DNA from: Cycas panzhihuaensis
Lineage: Eukaryota > Plantae > Cycadophyta
Direction: 5' to 3'
DNA length: 64,000 bases
Assembly: GCA_023213395.1 (NCBI GenBank)
Contig: CM041465.1
Coordinates: 101,935,741-101,999,740 of the forward strand
In this document: positions 13,772 to 26,429 of the stretch, piece by piece
How the letters are laid out: the number at the start of each line of letters is the position of its first letter
Numbering within the stretch: the first letter of the stretch is position 1
The notes under the pieces: generated by a model
The model's input: only the letters and a program-made list of their open reading frames with translations
Database searches by the model: none
What the model was told of the DNA's origin: nothing
Position numbers and translations under genes: made by a program

Positions 13772-15807
13772 TGTGCTATCAGAGCTTGCTTCCTTCATAT
13801 TCCTCACTTACACTTGCAATGGAGTCATCACTTCCTTCTCCCCCACAATCCATGTGGTGAAGGAGATTGTGAAAGTGAATTTAGAAATATTTTTAAGTTA
13901 TTATGATAGCATATTTTGTATTGTTTACTTTTTCTTTCTCTTTTGTAGGTTTGGAAGCATAATATAAGGAGTTGTAAGGCCTAAGGATTCAAATCCTTTA
14001 GTGGCCATTCATGCTATCTCATTCTTCTTTTTCTTTCCCCTCTTTTTTTGTCCATTTAACAAGGAGAAATGTTGCCGAAATTTTTCTAACATTTAGAAGA
14101 ATGATTGTAAAGGGAGATTTTACCCATTTTTTTAAAAGAATTTCAATCCATTTAAAATATCCATCATTGTATGTTCTCACCTTGCCTATATTGGGATCCT
14201 GGTGATCAAAAAATGATGGAAATTTCATATGGTATCATGTGTTAATGAGATATTAGCAAGCTAAAATTTCTGCAGAAATACAAGTTGATTGCTAAACTTC
14301 ACAGGTCTGCAAAATCTTCTAAAAAGTTCCAATTGAAGTGATTATAATTGTAAAGTATGAGGCTCTGAGTCTACTTTCTAACACAAAAACTAGCACCTAA
14401 TTTGGATATCCTATGAGGAAGTTATTGTTGTTTTAGTGAACAACAATTAATTTTAGTAAGAATTATAGAAAAATATAATTTCTTAACTTCGCTGGGCTGC
14501 TAAAAACTTTCCAGAATACATTTAGACCTAATTCCACTTCTTGAAGATGAAGCTATGAGTCTAGTTTGCAGCACAAAAACTGGCACTCTATTTCATCATC
14601 GTGGGAGAAAATTATTGTTGATTTAGTGAAGACTACTTTCTTTTGTATTAACAAAAAAAAAAAAAGTGAAGAAAATTTCGTCCTTCTTTTTATAAGGCTT
14701 TAAAGCCCATTGTAAAAGTGAGAAAAAAAACACCTAGATTAGAGCAATATCCGATGTTCTCACTCACTTATTAGTATTGCATTTTAGCACTCTAAGATCA
14801 CTCAAAATAAGTACTCTAAAGACACTTCAAGCAAGCACTCCAAGTAAGCATTCTATTTTCAGTTAAATGTATGTTTGATGCAATTTGATAATTTTTTTAC
14901 TCTTCCTAAAAGGAATGCATCATGTACGCTATTTTCTACCATCTTATACCTATTCACATACTCACCAAGGTTGAGATACCTTGGTTGGAAGAATGTCGTG
15001 CCATAAAGGAGATGTGGGTTTCAAGTTGGGACTAGACTAAACCAGAATATTGGTGAGGTTTGGTTAACCATACGATCGTGCCTCAATCAGGGATCATCTT
15101 GATAACCAACTAGGAAAATTGAAACTTTAATACAAGATTAAAATATAACCAATCAAATATCCATCATAGCCATGGGTATGCACATACCACTCTTTAGAGG
15201 ATGTATATAGCTGCTCATTGGTGAACTGGACGAGGATTGGGAGTACCTGGGCTCCGTTGTGACTTGGATTTTATTACCAAGCACAATTGCAAGTATCACA
15301 GGTGAAGGCCAACTTAATTCTACTAGAAGCCTAGGCATTTCTTCAACAACCTCAACTACATGTTGGACACAAGTTAGAGGTTATTGGGTTGATTACACAT
15401 CCTGCATTTGAGTTTCAAGTTGTGTAAACCTAATGATGTCAGCTTCTATATTGGCCTATAATCTTGTATATTGATTACTTACTTATTTGTAAAAAGTGAT
15501 CCATAGTATAATCATAATTATAGTGCTTCTTATATTTCTGCTGCATTAGGTTAATATTTGCCACAAGTATTAGTGGCCAATTTTTATCATAGTGCTTCTC
15601 ATATTCTATTGCGTCGAGTTAATATTTGTCACAAGTGTTGGTGACTTTTCTCTAAGTTGCTCCCTTCATCTTTGAGCAACCATTCTCACTTCTTCTTACT
15701 TTTGCTATACTATTTCATTATATTTCCCATTTGTAAATAGTGATTGGTCATTTATTGCCATCACTTTTGTAGTCCCTTGATCATTTTTTGCCTTTTAAAA
15801 AGACACC

Positions 15808-18800
15808 ATGTCTTCACAGTTCAAGCAAAATATGAACTGCATTCTAAAACAGAAAGAAAATTGGGACATGTGGTTCACTGGTGTAAAAAATGTTGCAAAG
15901 TATGAAGGTCTATGGAGAGATCACTTGCAACCTACACCATCTATTACAGCTACAGCTACCACAGCTGCTTTAGCAGGAGGTGCTCCAACTGCTCCCACTA
16001 AAGTTGCAGCTAAACGCCAATGGGAACTTGATGATGATAAAATCCATGCAAGGATACTGATCTCATTGATGAAGTTGTACATGATACAGCATGGAAAGTT
16101 CTTAAAGTTCTTAAGAAGAACTTTGACACTAAATCAGACTTGGAATTTGTTCACTTAGTGCTGAAGATAAACAAATTAAAAATGCAGAGAGGACATACAA
16201 GTGAGATAATCAATCTCCTTCATCCAATTAAGCAAGCCATTAATAAAGATTTTAAAATTTAATGTATTACATGGGCTTTCTTGATTCAGTCATGTCTCTA
16301 TATCTTAGATTATAAAAATTTGTTGGGAAGTCTTCAATCTAGTGGCACTTTGAAGATCCTAAACTTTGAGGATCTTGCTGATAAATTCATTGAATTTGGT
16401 AATACCTTTGATACCAACTTTGCCACTACATCAAATCTAATTGATGCTACTTTTGAAGTGGAACAAGATCTTTGTTATACCAAAAATCAAGGTCAATACT
16501 CTCGTAGAGGTGGTAATTCCCATGGAAGAGGAAGAGGTAGACAACAAGGATAATGTCCTCTTAGTCAATAGGCTCCTCAACTCCAACTAAAATAGTCTCA
16601 AGGACAAGGCCAAAATAATCAACCTAGACCTAGATCCAATAATCAGAGACAATCAAACCAGCCTAATACTTGGACTGGAAATTAAACAATTATGCGCCAA
16701 AGATGTAATAGAAAAGGACATTATTCCAAAAATTGTAGAACTTCCACCAATAAACTACCAAGTTATCAATAGTGCCATGGTGCACATAATGTTAATAATA
16801 CTTCTTTTGAAGATGCTTTTGGTGGAATGTAATTTGCTCATACATACTTTCAAAGAATTGGGACCACTTCATCAAATATTTTTTATAGATCCACTAAGTA
16901 TATTGAGGCTCGTTATGTTTATGCTTATTCACTTTTGCCTTCACCACTTGGAGTTGCATATAGTGCCACCTCAAATACTTCATCGTGGATTATAGATACT
17001 AGAGCAGCATAACACATGATTTGTCATCACCAATTCTTTCAAGATTTTGACTCTGAAGTTCATGGTGTTGTACACATGGCTGATAAATCATCTCAGCCAG
17101 TCGAAGGACTTGGAACAGTTTGCCTGAACTCCTAGGCCTTCCAGATTTTACACTTGTTGATGTTTTATATATTCCTTCTCTTAAGCAGAATCTACTCTCC
17201 CTGTCCACCCTTGTCTCTCATGGATTTGATCTGAGTGTAACTGCAAATAATCAAACTCTTTGTGTCATTCACCCTCCTTCAAATGCTGTGGTTATGACCA
17301 AAATTCTTGATGGTAACCTTTTTCGCCTAACTGGCTCACCATCCTCTGAAGCCAACTATGTTGATGATGACTCTACTTTTACCACAACCATGACTCCTCA
17401 AAAGTTGTCCCAAGTGGCCCTATGGCATGCTCATATGGGCTATATCAAAATTGATCATTTAAAAGAACTATAAGTCACTCTTCCTGGTTTGCCTAGGCTC
17501 TCCTTTAAGCCCTTTAAATGCGAAGCATGTATTATTGCCAAATCTCAAAGACAACCCTTTCCTTGTAATCAGTGGAAATCTAGCCAACCTTTGTAGCTTG
17601 TACACTTAGATATGTGCGGTCCTATACCCATCCCTTCTCTCAAACAGAAGTGGCACTATATTACTTTCATTGATGATTTTACCAAGAAAGTATGGGTTGC
17701 TTTTCTTACAAAGAAAGATGAAGCTTTTTCTATGTTTCAAGCTTTCAAGGCCCACGTGGAAAATGAATATGGATTTAAGATCAAAATACTTAGGACTAAC
17801 AATGGTGGAGAGTACACATCCAATGAGTTTGAATCATACCTACGTCAACATAGAATCAAACACCAGACCATTATTGTAGGTACCCCAACAAAATAGAGTT
17901 ACCGAGCGTATAAATAGGACCATCATGAATATGGCTCATGCTATGTTGGTATATAAGAATGTCCCTATCTATCTTTGGCCTGAGGCTATCTAGACTGTTG
18001 TGTATTGCATCAACACTATTAGTCCCTCCAAACTCGACCCCTCTCCACATGAAATATGGTATGGACAAACCCCCTCTATCTCTCACTTAAGAATTTTTAG
18101 CTCTACTTGTTATGCTCATATTCTGGAGGAACATAGAAATAAGCTCCAAGATAGAGCTATCAAAGGCATCTTTGTCGAATACCCTATGGACAAAAAGGGA
18201 TATAAGGTTTTCATACCTTCATAGTGTAAAATCATCATCACTAGAGATGTTATCTTTGCAGAGACTGAAGATCAATTACTCAGACTTGACTCCAAGATGC
18301 CTTCATTCTAATTTAATAGCGCTACTAAATTTGATGTCCAGATTCCAAAATTTAGAGGGAGAGATGCTGAACAGTTGCTCAAAATCTTAGAATCTAATAA
18401 TAGAGCCTTGGAGGATGCAAGTCAGGACTCGACCAATGTGTACACATCCAGCACCATCATTTGTGAACAGCCAAGTTGACAAAGGCAAATCCATAACAGA
18501 AGGATCATCTTCTCCAACATCTATGGCTGGCCTATCTTCTCCAGCATCGTTAACTTCCTCCGTGCCAAATATTTCACATGATCCTTTTCAGGATCAAAAT
18601 GAAGACTAAGAGGCTGTGGAAATGAAAACCTCATTCCCAACTCGAGGTTTTCGTGAAGCCTACTAGCTACACAAGGACATGTGACTAGATTAGGTAGGCA
18701 AAACTAGCACTAGAAGTGCCCATAGAGCAAGGATGCATGAATCACTTTCCATTGAGCTTGAACTAGTAGAACTGCATCTTGGTCTTAATGAAGAGCCTCT

Positions 18801-20335
18801 AACATACCAAGAAGCTATAAAGCATGCAGCTTGGAGAAATGCCATGAATAAAGAGTATCAATCTCTTATTAAGAATGGTACATGGGAGCTTGTTGATCTA
18901 CCACTTAGAAGAAAGGTAGTTCAAAATAAATGGCTGTTCAAAAATAAGTATAGATTAGATGGCACCCTAGAAAAATACAATACGAGATTGGTAGCAAAAG
19001 GATTCATGCAAAGGGAAGGCATATACTACACTGAAATCTGTGCTCCTGCAACCAAGTGGTCTACAATCAGAACTCTTATAGCCTTGGCTACTCAACAGGG
19101 TTGATAAATCCACCAACTCGATGTTAAGACCACATTTCTTAACGGGGACCTTAAAGAAGAAATTTACATGGCTCAAATAGAAGGATACGAGATTATCAGT
19201 TAAAAGCATAAGGTTTGTAGGTTCAAAAAGTCCTTGTATGGCTTGAAGCAAGCCCCTCGTGCTTGGTTTACCAAGTTATCTAAAAGAATGAGGCAACTTG
19301 GATATGAGGTTTATGACTATCAAGATATTAATGCAACATTATTCATCAAGCACCAAAATGATAAAGTCACTTACCTCTTAATCTTTTTGGATGACATGCT
19401 AATAATAGGAAATAGTAAATAGGTAATCAACCAACTGAAGAAGGACCTTGCTAAAACTTTTGAATTGTTTGACCTCGGGTTGATGAAATATTACTTGGGA
19501 ATTGAAGTAACTCAAAAGAATGGCAAAATCTTTCTCTCCCAAGAAAAATATAGCAACGATCTTCTGACAAAGTTTTAGTTAGAAGGTGCTCAACCAGTGG
19601 ATACACCTATGGATCCTAATATTAAATTCTCAGCTGATGGTGATATTAGGGAGGCAGACGCAACACTCTACAAGCAACTTGTAGGTAGTCTCATCTATAC
19701 TACTAATATAAGGCCAGATATTACACACTCTGTTGGCATTCTTACAAGATTCACGACAAATCCTAAGCAGAATCATTAGCAAGCTGCCATGCAAGTGTTG
19801 AGGTACCTAAAGACGACCAGTAAATATGGTCTGTTATATGAACCCAATGCAAAATTTAAACTTTATGCATACATAGACTCAGACTTTGTTAGAGATAAAG
19901 ACATAGGAAGATCTATGTCTAGGTACATAATATTTCTTAGAACAGCACCAATATCATGGAGATCCAGATGGCAGAAGATAGTTGCAGACTCAACCGCTGA
20001 AGCTGGGTATATTGTTGCTTTTGAGATAAGAAAGGAGGTGATATGGCTTAAAAAATTATTGAATACATTAAATGCCACCCAAACATGTTCTACTAGCTTA
20101 TATGTAGATAATCAATCTATAATCCAAATGGCTAAAAACCGTGTATTTCATGATTGTACCAAATATATAATAACGAAAGTTCACAGGATTAGAGAACTAG
20201 TTCATGATGGCACAATTCAACTGTAATACTACCCCACAATAGATCAAGTGGTCGATATATTCACCAAACTACTGAAGAGGGTGAAGTTTAAATAGTTCCA
20301 AAAGTAACTCAGCCTTAGGGCCTCTATCTCTGACT
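15808..20335 (+). pseudogene. gag-pol: Element C gag-pol polyprotein (stops and frameshifts)
   Basis: Zinc knuckle (C)QRCNRKGHYSKNC near 16695; protease WIIDTRAA near 16987; LWHAHMGY; integrase MCGP..FIDDFTKKVWV..RTNNGGEY; RT YGLKQAPRAW and FLDDML; RNase H YIDSDF..YVDNQS. Confidence 0.95.
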
Positions 20336-20770
20336 GATCGAAGGAGATGACAATAGAACTATCATACTCTGTCTCATTCGTGAAAACCCCTTGTGGGCAC
20401 GGAAGGATAAGAGTAAGTCTCTACTCTATCCCATTCGTGAAAATCCCTTGTAAGCGCGAAAGGATAAGGGTTGTATCATTTTGGAAAATTGGAACCTGTG
20501 AAAACCTGAAAGAGCATGGGAGATGACCAAATGGTATATGGAGACTCAGTAGATTTCAGCTACAAAATTCATTATACCAATTAGCTATCTGGCTTCATTT
20601 AAAGAGTTGCCTGAGCTATATTAGTAGATTAGAAAATTTGTAGGTTTTCTTCCCCACGAGGGTTTCCCACAAAAGTGTCATAGTAGTTTGCTTTGTAAGA
20701 AGCTCAAATGAAGACCTCATAGGATAGAATAAAATAAGATGAAATGACCTTCTACCATTAAGGGGGAGAT

Positions 20771-21068
20771 TGAAAAGGGTTAATATCATAAGGCCGTTAC
20801 ATTAGTTAATTATTTCAAAAAAGGGTCTTAAGTGAACTTTAAATTAGATCACTTAAGTAAAATATACTTTCATGTGTATTATGTATAATTTCATTTTACC
20901 TAACTCTAATTATCCCTCTCTCAATATAAAAGTAAAAGCTCAATGGAGGAGATTCATTCTAACCTCCCCATTTTGTAAGAGCTACTTTCTTTCTCTCAAG
21001 TCTCTCTTGCTCCCATGTTTTTCTTTGTGTTTAGTGCATGGAGATGAATGATAGATCTACTCTTTTCA
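20771..21068 (+). repeat. 3' LTR of element C
   Basis: Direct repeat of 13474-13771, preceded by the PPT. Confidence 0.96.
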
Positions 21069-21073
21069 GCCCT

Positions 21074-22372
21074 CACTTGGAGGTACAAAGTTTTTTTTGA
21101 CATTTATTGATAACTTCACAAGGATGACATGGGTCTACTTCATCAAGTTTAAATCAAATGCTTTATAATGTTTCATGGACTTCAAAATCATAGTAAAAAG
21201 ATAAAGTGGACTTAGAATTCTAACCATAAGGTTAAATAATAGGGGGGAATTTATTTCAAATGAATTTAAGGTATATTACAGATATTGTTGCATAAAAAAA
21301 TAGCTCATCAATCCTTACATCCCACAACAAAATGGGGTTCTAAAAGAAAAAATATAATACTTATTAAAATGGCCAAAAGTATGCTTAAGGACAATAAACT
21401 TAGAAATAAATTTTAGACTGAAGCTACACACATAGCTATCTATGTGTTGAATAAGTGTACCATTAATATAGTTAGGTGGATTACATGAGAAGAAGCTTAG
21501 ACAGGTTATAAGCCAAGTATCAAACACTTAAGGATTTTTTAATGTATAGTTTATACATATATTCTAGATCAAAGGAAATAAAGTTAGATAGTAAAAGTAT
21601 CAAATGAATCTTGATATGATATAGTGACTCTTTTAGATCCTATAAACTTTATGATTCAAAAAAGAAAAAGTTGGTTATAGGCAGGGATATCATCTTTAAA
21701 GAAGATGAATTTTATTAAGAAGAAGTTGTTGAAATAGATTCAAATTCCAAGGGTATAAATGTAACTAATACAAATGAAGTATGACCCTCTACATCAAATC
21801 AAAGGGTCCTAAAATAGGTATAAAGGGCTCACAACCCTTTAAATATTTTAGACACTAACTTTGAGAGGAGAACTACAAGATCTTAAAGGGTGAATTTTAC
21901 ATTGATGACTCAAGTTAGATGAGCCTCATAACTTTAAAGAGGCTAATACTCAAGATAAATAGAAGAAAGTAATAAAGGAAGAACATAATGCCTTAGTAAA
22001 AAATAACACATAGGAGTTAGTGAATCTATCACCTAGCAAAAATACCATTGGAACTAAATAAGTGTATAAGAATAAATATAAATTAAATAAAACCATTGGC
22101 AAGTATAAGGCAAGGTTAGTTGCAAAGAGATATCCTTAAATTGAGGGTATAGATTACAACAAGATATTTACACTAGTTGTAAGGTTAGAAATAATCAAAT
22201 TAATAATGCCCTTACTTGCATAACATTGTTGGATATTATACCAAAGGGATGTAAAATATGCATTCTTAAATAGCTATGTGGATGAAGAAATATATCTAAC
22301 AACCAAAAGGTTTTGAAATAAAAGGAGAAGAACACAAGGTCTACAAACTTAAAAAGACCTTGTATAGACTTA
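21074..22372 (+). pseudogene. pol: Element B integrase and RT N-terminus
   Basis: [16 protein letters not shown]; PYIPQQNGV; EPHNFKEA; KYKARLVAK; DVKYAFLN. Confidence 0.9.
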
Positions 22373-23210
22373 TATTAGAGCATAATGTGATACGTTGGGC
22401 TATGTGCAACTAGAGAGGAGCCGATTTTCCTTAGACTGTGTAGGTATAGACCGTACGGAAGTATGCATGTAGCAAAAAATAAAGAGTTCAGTATTCTAGG
22501 TACGTATGACAGGTGCGTACCTGGTAAGGTACGCAACACAGATACGTACCTTCGAACAGAGCGCAAGCAAACATGATTGATATACATGGAAAGACTAGAT
22601 AGAAGGGAGCCTAGAGTGACATCAGACATACATACGGATGTACAGACAACTTAAGACAGTGATTAAGGAATCTAACCAATGGTTAGGAAGAGGTATGCAT
22701 GATGGAAAAGGTACGATTATAACAGAAAATCATAACCCTTCAGCAAAAAGACACCAAGGAGCATATTTATGTGACTTCCTAAGGACCATTTAGTTAGGGT
22801 GAGAGCTGAGTATACCAACATGAATTGGTACAGAGATTGGTACGCATGACAATAGCCTAAAGCCATGTATTTGATAGGTACCTCCTAGGTACGAATATAA
22901 CAGAGTTAGTGTATAAGGCTGGAATGCACAGGGAATGCATTCCAGCACCTTATGTAAAGAAATATTACTTAGTAAAATAAGAAGTTACATGGAAAACCGT
23001 GTATTCTATGTGTTTATGAGGATGGAATGTTGAATATGTGTTGATTTATGTGCTATTATGTACTGTTGTGATATAATTATGTGGAAACATTAAATAATCT
23101 GTGGAATGTATGTGGATAACCATGTTGACTGTATCCTAACTAGACTATAGCATATGTAACCTTGACAAGTGTACCTTTCCCATAAGTGCAGTGAGAAATC
23201 TAAGTCAACA
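22373..23210 (+). repeat. 5' LTR of element D (838 bp)
   Basis: Direct repeat of 26814-27639 with a 12-bp internal duplication (ATTGGTACAGAG). Confidence 0.95.
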
Positions 23211-23350
23211 TTGGTTCTGTTACCTACGTCTATTGAGGAGGGACAGGGCCCAGGAGTCTCAAAAAGAGGAATGTGTAAAGGGCATAGGACCCTGGCTGTC
23301 GTCATGATGGTAGGCTGTAACTAAGCCTCCAGCAGCTAGGGGACCTTCCA

Positions 23351-25000
23351 ATGCCACCTAAGAGGCCTTCAAAGGTAGAAGATCCACAAAAGGATACTTC
23401 ACCCAAAGGAAAGGAAACAAGCAGACAAAAGGCATTACGATGGTTGAAGGAATCAAAACTGAGAAGGGCAAGGAGATTAAGTTCACAGAATAACGAGACT
23501 AAAGGGCAGTCCGTTGAAGAATCTGAGGCAAATGGAGCCTAGACACCTCAAGAACAAGAAGGGGGAACTAACGACGAACGTATGGTATTAACACTAGCCC
23601 TAATCAAAGATGACCTGTTTAGCCTAGAATATGAAGAAAAATCAAAGGTGAATGAGGAATATAAACAAACTATAAAAGAGGGAAGTATACCTATGGAGGA
23701 CAGTCTGAAGGACCTAAGTGACAGCAAAAAGAAGGCAGAGGAAGGTCCCTCGGCATATTGGGAAAATAAGGAGGAGAAAAGGGAAGAATCACCATCAGGT
23801 GGGACACCATTACAATCCCGCAAGATGGATTATTACAGAGACTTTAGAAAGCTTATTTTCAACGACACTTCAGATGCAGCAGAATACGTATACCTCTTTC
23901 AGAATCTGATTGACGTAAAAAAGATTACAGACGAGGATGAGATAAAAGCTATATTCACCTATACATTGAGGGGAGTACCATTGGCATGGTACAAAGAGGT
24001 AAATAAGAATGACTCATGGGCGAAAATCAAGAAATCCTTCAAAGAAAGATTCCAGAAATTTCGTAGCAACGAAGTAGTGGAAATTGCCCTAAGGGAGATC
24101 AAACAAAGGCCAGGAGAATTAGTGTTAACTTATATCAGTAGAATGAAAATCATTGCAGCCAGTATGATCAATGAAATGGTAACTGACCACAATATGAAGA
24201 ATTGTTTTATTAGGGGATTGAATGAAAAACTAAGAGCCATGATGCATGCCCATCCATTGAAATCATTTTAAAATGCCCAAGATTTAGCATTGGAGTGTGA
24301 AATAGAGATGGATGCACAGGCAGGAGGACATGACTCCCTCCTATTAAGATTGTAAGAGGAGATTAGGGAACTCAATCAAAACCGGTATAATCCACCCTTC
24401 TGCCAGGTGGGAGTAGCAGAAGAGGAATCAGAACTGGAAGCCTAAGAAAGGAAGTGGTGAGGTTAAAAATAAGAAATAGCTGAGAAGAAGAAACGACAAA
24501 GAAAAAAGACCATGTAGGCAGAGTAACCAAATGGTGCTATATCTGTGAAGAGAATTCATATACAACCAAAGAATATGAACTTAATCTAAAGAATAGTGTG
24601 TTGCACCAAAGGGACAAATGGTACCATATATACGATGTAGATACACATATGACTAAAGATTGTTTCTATAATCCCAGAGGGAAAGCCTACAGAGGACGAG
24701 GTAGGGGAAGCGGAGGCAACCCACCTCGGAATGTTTACACAATAAGGGGTATACACGAGCCCTCGAGAAAAAAACAACCCATGGGAAGATGCCTCATTTG
24801 TTTACAATTTGGGCACTGGAAGTCTGAATGCCCAACTAAACAAGAATACAAATTGAAACCATTCGTATGCAGTAACCGCGGCCCAAGTGAGTATAAGACA
24901 AAGGATTATAAAGGGAAGGCCAAAGCCACTAACCTAATGACGATTATACTGGAAAGTAAAAATGTAAAACTCCAAAATAAACAGAAGGAGAAATAGAATG
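23351..25000 (+). pseudogene. gag: Element D gag (retrotransposon capsid domain plus zinc knuckles)
   Basis: MPPKR start; ORF 23582-24271 FTYTLRGVPLAWY..SWAKIKKSFKERF..IKQRPGE..FIRGL; CLICLQFGHWKSEC knuckle. Confidence 0.9.
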
Positions 25001-25359
25001 GAGAATACCTAGATCCACAAACAGAAATAAATCAGTTTAAGCAAGCAAAATAAGTGTTGGATGGCTTAGCTCAAGAAGAAAATGCATTACCAATGGGGAA
25101 ACCAGAAACCAAATATGTATACGTACGGAAAAATAAGCAAAAAGAATAAGAAAACATACTAGAAGAACCAAAGGTGTAGCCTCAGATGGTGCAAATGGAA
25201 GAATTATTCAAAGGATTACCAGCCGAGGATATTCCAAGAATGCTGTTATTGATGGAGAATTTGGTAAAACAACTACAATTAACCATTCCCCTATGCCAAG
25301 TAATTGATTAGATTAAAGGAGGAATATTACAACGCAAAGTTACGAAAAGCTTCAAAAAA

Positions 25360-25815
25360 GTGATGTCATCATTTGACATGGATCCTATGGTGACAATGAT
25401 GGTGTTGGAAGAAACATTCCCAAAAGTAATTATCACCAGAGGTGTAGCCGTCAATGTATTACCTATTTCAACATGGCAAAAACTGGGAAGCCCAAAGTTG
25501 GAGGCAGTAACATATTCGTTAAAATTGGCTAAAGAATTATTAATGCGACCTATGGGAAGATTAGTCGATATCAAGGTGGATGTGGCAGGAATTATTGTAA
25601 AGATTGACTTTATGATTGTAGAAATAGAAAAAGGGACAATACCCTATCCAGCATTATTGGGCCAGCCTTGGCTATATAAGACCCGGTGCCTCCAAAATTG
25701 GAAGAATGTGACTTTCACCTTGTCAGATAATGGGAACAAAGTAGTATTACTGATGCTGGGAAGAAATTCCATTGAAATGATACTAGATGAAGGATCGAGT
25801 GACTGTCGTAAGTGA
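25360..25815 (+). pseudogene. Element D retroviral-type aspartic protease (catalytic Asp lost)
   Basis: KVII(TRG)VAVNVLP..WQKLG..LKLA..PMGRL..DFMIV..YPALLGQPWL. Confidence 0.88.
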
Positions 25816-26429
25816 AACAACGGCCTCTTCCCTCGATGAAGAAAACCTCTACCATACTACTAAGGAGCCCACGAAATCGATCAATTACCAAGAGGAAGAA
25901 CCGACTTATTTTAGAGAAATATACAACTCTTCAGACAACAAAAACAAAATGAGATTTATGGACTATTGGCTGTAAGATGCCTATGAAGTAAACTCCTCCT
26001 CTTATAGATGTAATCTATTGTCTAAATGTGTAATTAAAAACATTAATGATAATTTAGATTCTTTTGAATATATAATGACTAATGATAATTTAAGGGATAA
26101 CAGCCAACTAGACCAAAAACTCCCTAGCATACCTAGTATTTTTCATAGTTTTATAGTAGCTAATAGTAACCCTAACCTTCCTTCTACATCAGGCGTGGGT
26201 CTTGAGGTAGATTCCCTATCCCCCCCTTTATTACAACTTAGGGAAGGAAGTAACATTCCTTTATCCTCTTCCTTAGAAGTATACCCACCTAGCAACCAGT
26301 CCCTTCTAATGATTAGTGCCAAAACCAGGGAAATGGAAGGAGAATTGCTGGTAAATACTTCTAGAGATTCTGGTCTAGGTAATAGAGTAATTATCCCAGA
26401 AGAAATAAATCATAAAATTTACATTGAGA

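Larger units (their letters stand above)
13474..21068 (+). mobile_element. Full-length Ty1/Copia element C (7595 bp)
   Basis: Two 298-bp LTRs (TGAAAAG...CTTTTCA); perfect TSD GCCCT (13469-13473 and 21069-21073); PBS TGCTATCAGAGC at 13774-13785; PPT AAGGGGGAGA before 20771; domain order GAG-PR-INT-RT-RH. Confidence 0.97.

Noticed and set aside
14915-15427. Protein-like frame (ATG at 14915) upstream of gag in element C, a candidate extra ORF
   Set aside because: Eight internal stops in 171 codons is close to random expectation and denser than in C's pol; no recognisable motif.
22375-22629. Similar minus-strand ORFs in both D LTRs (also 26771-27028)
   Set aside because: Similarity follows from LTR duplication; starts and ends differ; no domain.
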